DNA of 64,000 nucleotides, from NCBI RefSeq assembly GCF_009914755.1, contig NC_060942.1; one strand, given 5' to 3'. The DNA comes from the human T2T-CHM13v2.0 reference genome, Homo sapiens. Position 1 is the stretch's first letter, and the number at the start of each line of letters is the position of its first letter. The notes beneath the pieces were generated by a model, which was not told where the DNA came from, did not search any database, and saw nothing but the letters and a program-made list of their open reading frames with translations. Positions 54,939-64,000 of this stretch are shown piece after piece. The position numbers and the translations under genes were made by a program.

Positions 54939-57142
54939 CTACCTCCCATTCTTCTTCCTTTTCTCCCTCTATTTCTTTTTTCCTCCTGTCTACTTTCTTT
55001 TCTTTAATTTTTTTTTGGATATCCACAGGGATTCTCAGATTTTATTCAAGGTGAGGCTTGAATCAGATCAGACACATTCCTTGCCTTGCTAAACCGGTAA
55101 GAATGATGAGTAGCAGATGGGCATGTGTCTACTAAAATGAGAAAAGAAAAGATTAACAGCATACTAAAAATATACTGCTTCGGAGCTGAGTAGCATTCTA
55201 AGGACCACGTAGCATTAAGATATAATAGAAAAATTTAACTTGGATTTGTTATTAGGAAAGCCTGGATTTGAGGTTCCTGATAATAATCTCCCTCAGAATT
55301 ATTGAGGTTCAAAGTAGTCAACTTAAATAAAAGTATATATGTTACTGTGTATGTGTTTCATACATATTCATTTCTGACTATACAATTCCTCAGATTAAAG
55401 AGGACCAAAATAATGCAACTTAATTAAAAGTATATATATGAATGCATGTATGTTTGTGAGTGTAAATTTTAATTTGTTTCCATTGAATCTGGAATAAATT
55501 TCTCTCTCTCTACACACACACACACAAGCATACACACATACATGTAACACACACAGTCATATATAAAATATATAACTCCCTTATTAAATTGAGGGGAAAT
55601 TTAATCTATTAAAATTCTTAAGAAGGTTTCAGTTTAATGATGTTTCTTTAACCTGAGAAGTATTCTATTTCATATTCCTTTAATTTATACAAGTAACTCA
55701 TTAAAAAGAAATGCTGATTTCAAACAGGTTTTGGAATTCTTGGCTTCTGTAAATTTAACTGTCCACATGCTATATGCACTAAATCATTTTTACTTCTAAA
55801 AAGTTTACAGAGGGGCAATTCTCAAAAGATTTACTTAGGTTTGTGGCAGAAAAATATAAACATTTAGATACCTCTTCTATTATAATGAAACCCTGCTCCT
55901 TTTTCTCAGGCAGGCACATTACCCTAAGTGATGAGGTTCACGGCACTACACAGCGTGCTTTTTTGGATCAACACCAGTTCTTCAATCCCACCACATCTTG
56001 GAGTGCATTTTTGATGAATAAATTACCAAACTAATGAGATGCACTAAGAGGTTAAGGATTGATCAAGTACATAATCTTTTTAATGAAGGACACAGCATGA
56101 AACACATTCCTCCAAATAGATACAATAAACAATCTTCTAAAACCTAATTAGAATAAAAATACAAGGAAAGGTGAAAAGTCTTAGAATTTCTGTAACAGAT
56201 AATAACTTGACATTTTCTGCAACAATGTAAAAGCTATTAGTCTACCACCCTTATTTATATTTGAAGCAGGTGAGTCTCAGTAGTTTACTAGGCTAAAATA
56301 ATGATATTTTGATATAGAATTTTAATATATCTTTAAGCCTTCTGGGTACATGAAAATTGTTTCAAAATATGGCTTTGGAGCTTTTACAGAACTTGCTAGA
56401 TTTTGTGGATATCTAGTAAATGTTTTGTACATCTTTTGAGTAGACACAATTTTTGAGGCATTGTGAAGTGGATTTAGCCTTTTGGCTGTCAGTATTTTTT
56501 GGTATAATTTAGGATTTAATCAAGTTTCCAGTTCTTATTTCATTTGGGTATTAAAATTGGGTTGTAAACCTTTAGTGAGAGGTTTAGTTAAAACTGTCAG
56601 TCACAAATCAAATTTTTAATGAAATATCTGTATTTTTAAAAAATGATAATGACAACAAAGGATCGGATGGCACACTGAACAAAATGATCCGTCTGGATTT
56701 AACAAATATGGCAAAAAGTAGTAATCCTTAGGAATGTTGAATCTAAACAACAGCCTAACATTTGGGTTAGTGATGTCCATACCTACAAACATAATGGTTT
56801 CCTTTTGCCCAGTAGTTAGAGTAACACACTAGTTATTAGATATCAGTATTACTGATTAATTATACCATAATGGTGTTATACAGTATGTGCTGGAACTCTT
56901 TTATTCTCTAATTTTTCACACCATCTGCTCAAGTTGAATACTTAGAGTGTATTGCTAAATGCATGTACTTCAGATATTGCTACGGGTTTTAACACACCAC
57001 ATTGTATAATTCATTTTCCTTCCAAGGACTTAGGATTCTTTGTATATCTATTTAACACAGGGTTAACTCCTAATTGTGCCACCAGTAAGCAAAGATTTAC
57101 TCTCTACCGATAAAGAACATGTGAGATATACCATTCTGAAAG

Positions 57143-58608
57143 TGTTAATAGAAAAACCAAACTCTATAAAATATTTTAAAGAGGTTTATTCTGAGATAAT
57201 ATGAGTGACTGTGGTCCAGAGAAAACAGAAACCCATGAAGTGTTGAATAAGTGGTCCCAGGGCAATCAGGTTAGTTTGGTTTTATACATTTTAGGGACAC
57301 AGAAGTAAAAGAAAAATATATCAATCAATAAATGGAGGGGGTTAAATAGAGTTTAGCTTAATGCTGCCTTCTTCCATATTTTGAGTTTTATTTAAGAATT
57401 TCTCTTGCATAGTGAGCTATAACCTAAATGGAGTTGTAAACAGACCGTAATCTACTTGATGTGCCAATCATCGAGTTTTGGCCCATCAAAGGAGGACAAC
57501 TGTTCAAAATGTGTTCAAATAAGGCAAACACTAAGCTGTAATCAATCTGGCTGTTTCTGTACCTCACTTCCATTTTCTCTTGTCATTTTCCTTTTTTTGT
57601 CCATAAATCGTCCACCATGTGGTTGCTCTGGAGTCTCTCTGAGCCTACTCTGGCTTGGGTGGCTGCCCAATTCATGAATTGTTCTTTTCTCAATTAAACA
57701 CTGTCAAATTTAATTTGGCTAAAGATTTCCTTTGAACAAAAGTGTACATTAGTCCAGTCTCAAAAGGCAGGACATCTCAAAGCAGAGGGCTTACAAGTCA
57801 TAGATGGGTTTGGGGGATTCTTTAGTTGTCAGTTGGTTGACAGTTAAGCTATTGTCTAAGAACTTGAAGTCAGTAGAAAAGAATGCTTGAGTTAAAATAT
57901 TAAGGGTTGTGTGAGCCAAGGCCCTTGTTATGTAGATGAAGGCTTACAGGTAACAGTGTTCAGAGAGAATAGATGGTAAATGTCACTTTTCAGACCTTAA
58001 AGGTATCAGACTCTCTTAGATTGGGGAAAGGCCTAGAAAGGAAAAGCTTGGCTACATAATAAGGATTCTCTACAGATGCAAAATTCTTTCACAAAAGATG
58101 GCTCTGCGTGGCCATTGCAACCTGCTGGCCTTGTTGTAGCCATTTCAAAATATGTCAAAGAAATATATTCTGGGGTAAAATATATTGATTTCCTTCAGGG
58201 TCTGTTATCTATCATGAGATGTTATACCAGAGTGAGGCTGGAAAGCAAATCAGATTATATTAATACCTGGTTATTAAAAACAAAACAAAACAAAACAAAA
58301 ATTTAATGAGAGTTTATGGTTTGTAGGGTGTGACTTAACCCTTGCCTTGCATAGTCCCAGGTCTTGTTTATTCATTGGTATCTTATTTCAACAAAGAGTC
58401 TGTTCTTAGTCTTATGATCTCCATTTTAACATTAATGCTGGTCAGCTGTGCCTAAACTCTAAAAGAGAGGGGGTATGATGAAGCATGTCTCACCTCGCAT
58501 CCTGTTACAATGAGGAATTTCATTATTCATGTTCCTCTGGGCTGCCCTTGGCTAATAGAGAGTCTGTTCAGTCAATTAGGGACCTTAGGATTTTACTTGT
58601 GGTGTACA
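57143..58608 (-). mobile_element. MER4-family (B/D-like) LTR split by a MER57 insertion
   Basis: 'aagaggtttattctgag...ggttttatacattttaggga' left of the insert; 'gtacattag...aggcaggacatctcaaagc...cagagagaatagatggtaaatgtc' right of it. Confidence 0.8.
57340..57738 (+). mobile_element. MER57-family solo LTR nested in MER4
   Basis: 'gttaaatagagtttagcttaatgctgcc', 'tgtgttcaaataaggcaaacactaagctgtaa', ends 'ctcaattaaac...tttgaaca'. Confidence 0.85.
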
Positions 58609-58774
58609 AAGATAATAAAAAGAAAAAAAAAAGGAAATTAAACTTAATTTCTTCCCCTTTTCTATCTAGAATTTTGATTGTATACCATTTTCATTTCTAT
58701 TGCTTGATTGTACATAAGTTCTTTGTAGGGGGGAGACACCTGTGTTTGATTTATTCTTGTATCTCTCAACCTTA

Positions 58775-59402
58775 TGTTACCAGAAAGGGGTCCCGATCCA
58801 GACCCCAAGAGAGGGTTCTTGGACTCCATGGAAGAAAAAATTGGGCACGAGTCCATAGAGTGAAGTGAAAGCAAGTTTATTAGGAAAGTAAAGGAATGAA
58901 AGAATGACTATTTCATAGTCATGGGCAGCATAGGCTGCTCAAATGAATATATGTGCAGTGACTTCTTGATTTTATGCTAAACAAATGGTGAATTATTTAT
59001 AAGTTTTCCAGGAAAGGGGTGGGCAATTCCCAGAACTGAGGTTCTCTTTTTTAGACCATATAGGGTAACTTCCAGATGTTGTCATGGCATTTGTAAACTG
59101 TCATGGGGCTGGTGGGAATGACTTTTAGCATGCTAATGCATTATAATTAGCATGCAATGAGCTGTGAGGATGACCAGAGGTCATTTTCATCATGACCTTG
59201 CTTTTGACAGGTTTTGGCTGGCTTCTTTATCACATCCTGTGTTATCAGCAAGGTCTTTGTGACTTGTATCTTGTGCCTACCTCCATCTCATTCTGTAATT
59301 AAGAAGGCCTAACCTACTGAGGGTGCAGTCCAGCAAGTCCCGGCCTTATTTCACCCAAGCCCTATTCAAGATGAAGTTGCTTTCGTTCAAGTGCCTCTGA
59401 CA
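58775..59402 (-). mobile_element. MER41B solo LTR
   Basis: 628 bp, TG...CA, 4-bp TSD CTTA (58771-74 / 59403-06); carries the tandem GAS segment. Confidence 0.9.
59006..59035. promoter_or_regulatory. Tandem GAS (STAT) motifs
   Basis: TTCCAGGAA (59006-14) and TTCCCAGAA (59027-35), both matching TTCN3GAA. Confidence 0.7.
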
Positions 59403-61984
59403 CTTAGAGTAACTGTATAAACCAAAGAAGGTGCTTGTTAAGTGTTTGTGGTCTAAAGGAATAAAATGTCAAAAATTTCAATTTTTCCAAATTCTACAAT
59501 AGTAGTAGAATTTTTATTTTGCATTTTGTCTATAAAGTGATACATTTAATATTAATTTTTTTCTTGATTATATAAAAATGCATAGTTTTCTCAGGTACAG
59601 ATGTTTTCTTTTGTGTAATATTTGTACTGGTGTTGTTCCTTTTAGAGTAAATAAATATTTTTAAAGTAATTTTTGAATTTTCAAACAGTAACTAAAGCTA
59701 CAGTGCTATTCCAAAGTCCATAAACTATTTTTCTTGCCAACAGAAAAAAAAAATGTACCCAAAAGTGGTAATTCTACTGTAGTCTCTAAATCAATACACA
59801 ATCATAGTGTAATATTACTGAATTCCCATGGATTGATAGCTGCTACTCTAGAATACATCAATGACTGCCAACTTTTCCCTAGGAAACAATCAGGGAACAG
59901 GCCAGTGGGCTAGAAAAATGTTTGAAAAAAAAGATAATCAGTTAAGTAATTCCATCTTATGAGAGAAAATGAGGAGCCATATTAAATTCAGTGTTCAGGC
60001 ATCATATTGCTAACTCTAAGAAAGTCAATATAACGAAGTAAATATTTTCTCCTTTTAGGGTTTTTGGGGGCATATTTCTGCCTACAAAATAAACTGAAGC
60101 AGAAAATAAAAGGAGTTATGTTTCTGACTGCTTCCTCTACTCACAGGTGTTTCAAAATTGTTCCTTGAGAAAGACAGACATTCCTAATTAGAAGAATCGG
60201 CTCTAAGTGACTTAGTTATTTTTGTCCTCCAAGAAGCATCTTTATTTGAATTTCCAGTTGAATTTTTTCTACATGTGTCAGCCTGTTTAAACATAGTTAA
60301 CATCTCTTCTACACATTGGTGGTCTTAGCAAAGGATGCCATGTGCAGATCATTCCCTTTCAGCTTGGGAACTTCCAGTTAAAGCCATCCAGAAAATATGG
60401 TAAAGATTGGTCTCTTTGGTCTTCCTTCTTGATGGCAGCCATGTGGAGGAGAAGTATGTGCAGAGGAGAAGCAGAGAAATCAGAGAAGCCAGCAAGCAGA
60501 TGCCTTAATTGTCAAGTCCATCCTATCTGTCACCAAGATATGTACTATTTTGGCAGCCCAGGAAATGATATTTCCAGGAGAAGCAGGAGCTGCTGCTAAA
60601 GCCAGCAGATACATTTTTTTTGGTGGTAGCCTCATGGGCCAGTAACTTTGAATGTCACAGGTAGAGATAACCAAAGTTTAATATCACAGGTAGTAGTATT
60701 AAGTGTTTGACATCAAAGGTGCAGCAGTATGAAAAAATGTATACCTCTTATAGTGATACTAGTGCCTTTGCTTCTTACTTCATCCTAAAGAGATAGAGGA
60801 ACACCAAGGTAATCCCTAACTGCCTTTATAACCGTGCTAAAAAATGTAAGAACAACTTGTGGGGTTGTGAAAACGCTATTATAACATGTTAAATTCTATT
60901 GGTCCTTTTTTTAACTTGAAAACTTGTATTTTTTTTTTCAGTGATGTCCATTATTTTCTGTAGGATGCTGGAAGCTTATAATAGAGCACTGTATTTTGTC
61001 ATAACATAATAACATTAAAAATATTTGTGATAGAGACAAGCTTAGATGTAATTTTGGATGATAACCAGGTTGAAATGAAAGCTATATATTTTTTGTCAAT
61101 AATTGGATTGTTCATGAGTAATAGTAAACTAATATATTGCAAAAGGATAATATTATGTCACTCAAATAATCTACATGTAATAGGTCTATGGTGATGTACA
61201 TGAACAAAGAAAAGGGGAAAGAAAATAGGAGAAGGGAGAGAAGCAATACATTATTGATATTACTTTTAAAGTTCAGCTTTCAAATTATTTAATATAACTA
61301 TATTTGTTTTAAAAAGTAAGGTGTACATATATAATTCTGGTCTATGTATATACAAACATGATTAATACAAGAACTAGTCAATTTTTGGCAGAAAGGAGGA
61401 AAATAAAATATACTTAATATACCATGATGTACAAACAGCCTTGTCTATTTATTTGGCAAACATCTATTTGCGTTTTTTGAAATCTAGGACCTCATGTCTA
61501 GATTTTCAGGTAGCCACCATGCAAAAGAGGGGAACTGTAGTTAAAAACACGACTAATATATAGTAAATACCATAAAAAGTAAGAAGCTTTTGGATTTTTA
61601 ACTTTTTTAATTTTGAAAATTATTCTCCCAATTTCCATTTTTGAAATAAGGTATATCCAGAATCTATTTAAATATTGATTTAAATATTTGTGTTTGAAAA
61701 ATTCCTTATTTAAAAAAGCACCTAAAAATGTTTTGCAGATATCTTACTATAAAACACTAAGTCAATCCCCAAACTATCACCGTTTTATTGAGAGAAAGCC
61801 AGGAACTGATTAATTTTCTACACAAGTATTTTGGCGGGCACAGGAAAGGAGATGTGATGATCGATATCCACTGTAGGTTTGGCATCTTTAGCTAACTAAT
61901 CCCAAGGGTCCAAGGTCTCTAAGTTCTCCAGTAATGGGTGCAATTTCCTTTCACTCTCCTAATCAGCTTGAGCAGAGCCCAGGT

Positions 61985-62420
61985 CTTAGAGTAGTTCTCC
62001 CTAAAGCATACCCTGAGGCAAGGATACAGGTGCAAGCAATTTGTTAAGGAAGTTCCCTAGGGGCCAGCAGGAGAGTCCAGACTGGGATGAGGCCGCCAGA
62101 CCATCGTTTGAGTTCAGTTGAATCCCAGACTCAGTGGGAACCCTCAGGGAACTCCTAGGGGAGCCGGGCTTTGTCCAGACTTTCAACCAAGTAGCGGAGC
62201 TGTGCTCCCATACTCTTCAGTCATTGCTAGGGCTTATGGCTGGGTGACCTACCTCAATCCCCTGCACGTGTGGCTCTCTGTAAGGACGAGGTGCCAGTCC
62301 TCTGAGAGTGGAAGGTACAAGTAGTTAGCTGCAAAATATACTGGAGCTGGGAAGTGGTTGCACAGAGATTGACCAGTGAGGCCCAAGGGACTAAGGGGAC
62401 ACTGCCAGTGTCTGCCATAG
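61985..62420. mobile_element. Old MaLR LTR (MLT1-type)
   Basis: 'accctgaggcaaggatacaggtgcaagcaatttgttaaggaag...cagtgtctgccata'. Confidence 0.55.
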
Positions 62421-63669
62421 ACCCATTCTGTGTAAGCACAAAAGGTCCAGTTCCCCCAGCAGTTGTTTCTAAAAATCGCAGCAAGAATCTGTCTTTTCAC
62501 AGCCATTTATTGTTACCCTTCCCTTCACTGTGACTCCTGAGTCTGTCCCTCAGCTCCCCCTGACCATCTGTGTGGTAATGACTACTCCGTGCATAGCCCT
62601 CATCCCTAGTCAGCTTTGCGCTAGAGGTGGGTTCAGGCTTTTCTCTTTAATCACAACAACACACTGAATAAAAGGCTGTGCATTGAATACATGCGATCAA
62701 ATCTTTCATAGAAGGTAATAGAATTACAAAGCAGAAAAGGGAAACTAAATGGCTCCTGGGTGCATTGTTTCTGCTGTGCTGTGCCTTAGACTGAGCTTCT
62801 GCCTTGCCTTTCTCCCTGTTCTGCTTCTGTGTTATTGAGATGCAACCTGCCCTCTTCCCCCAAATAAGATAAGAAGCTTTTTTTCTTTTTTTTTAACATG
62901 GCACATTTAACAAACCCTATTTAAGACACTGCAAGTTTTTAAAACATTATTATAATTATATTTTCAGAGAAAAAGACTATCATAACATCTTACTTATGAA
63001 ACAGAATTCTTAAGTACAGTCTTAACCCGCAGTTACTCCCTGTATTCAGTTTCTAAAAAAGCCGTGAATAAGTCCATGTTTTCCATCTCTACAATGAAAT
63101 ATTCACATGAAAAACTTACTGAAGACAGAGTTTAGTTAAGCCCTAGAGTGAAGAACCTGTAGCTTTTTTAAAATCAGCAGTTTTTTTCCTCTCCTTTACC
63201 TATATAGCACATCTAATTCACGTATCATTTCAAATTATTTTATAGAAGAGGAAAGTAAACCTTAGAATGTTTAATTTTTTTGAAGTCATGCCATTACCAT
63301 GTGGAAGACTTAGGATCCCATCCTTGATCCTCTGACTCCAAATATACTTATTTTTCATACTATTTCAATTTCTTTATGAAAAAATGTATTATAGTGTCAT
63401 TTTTTCCCTTATTTTTGTGTAACATCTTTTGGGGCTTTAGAGGCCATTTGCCACATTGTGTGGCTTCTCAGGATATTCTAAAAACCTCTCTGCTGCTCAG
63501 ATAATGTTCCTTATTATGAATCCTGCTTTCCTAAGGCAGGAAATAGTCGGGTCTTATTCTGTCTTGCTAATAGCTTAGACACAGAATACAATCCAAGAAC
63601 AAGAAGCTCAAATGTGTGACTTGAGTAAGAAGAAAACAATATAAGGAGGTAGCAGGGTTCCACAGAACC

Positions 63670-63905
63670 TATCTTTGAGAGAGTGTGGTGGTTAAGGTAG
63701 CTAGCTTTTGTGGGCCGCATTAGTGAAATTCTAGCATTTCATTTCAAGCATCAATTCTGTAAGCAGTAGACTCATTTGTGACTTATTAATGTAAGGATAA
63801 AATTCATATTTACCTTTGTGAGTGATTAAGAGGACTGAATGAGATAATCCATGCACAGTGCTTAAGCGTGCATGGCACAGAGTAAGTTCTTAATACAAGT
63901 TAGCT
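63670..63905 (+). mobile_element. MIR
   Basis: 'gtgtggtggttaag...gaggactgaatgagataatccatgcacagtgcttaagc...tggcacagagtaagttcttaata'. Confidence 0.8.
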
Positions 63906-64000
63906 TTTATGAAGAATAAAGAGAAGAACAGCAAAACTAATTCATCAACCTGTCTCCATATAGCCACTGCTTTCTCTCTCCCTTAAACTGAGTTTTCTGT

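Noticed and set aside
52091-59402. Two co-oriented MER41 LTRs ~6 kb apart as a possible provirus
   Set aside because: Different subfamilies, MER41B has its own TSD, and the intervening DNA has no gag/pol/env or PBS.

Overview
AT-rich, repeat-dense primate (human/ape-type) genomic DNA, judged from AluY, young L1PA, THE1C, LTR7 and MER41 elements. No protein-coding gene, RNA gene or CpG island could be recognised. The longer ORFs in the track are L1 ORF2 fragments, the THE1 internal ORF or Alu read-throughs. The left ~42 kb is a mosaic of old and young L1s with nested THE1C, Alu, ERVL-LTR and DNA-transposon insertions. The 49.8-59.4 kb segment holds six ERV1-class solo LTRs. Best leads: (1) a minus-strand LTR7 (HERV-H) solo LTR whose 5-bp target-site duplication puts a GTAAGT splice donor exactly at the LTR 3' end; (2) a chain of candidate minus-strand exons downstream of it, which may be an LTR7-driven spliced RNA or a decayed gene; (3) a MER41B with both GAS (STAT1) motifs intact, next to a GAS-less MER41A; (4) a CTCF-like motif in an LTR41/LTR50-type element. 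Subfamily calls come from remembered consensus sequences, boundaries of old elements are approximate, and exon calls are by eye and unvalidated. I found no solid evidence of a new biological system.
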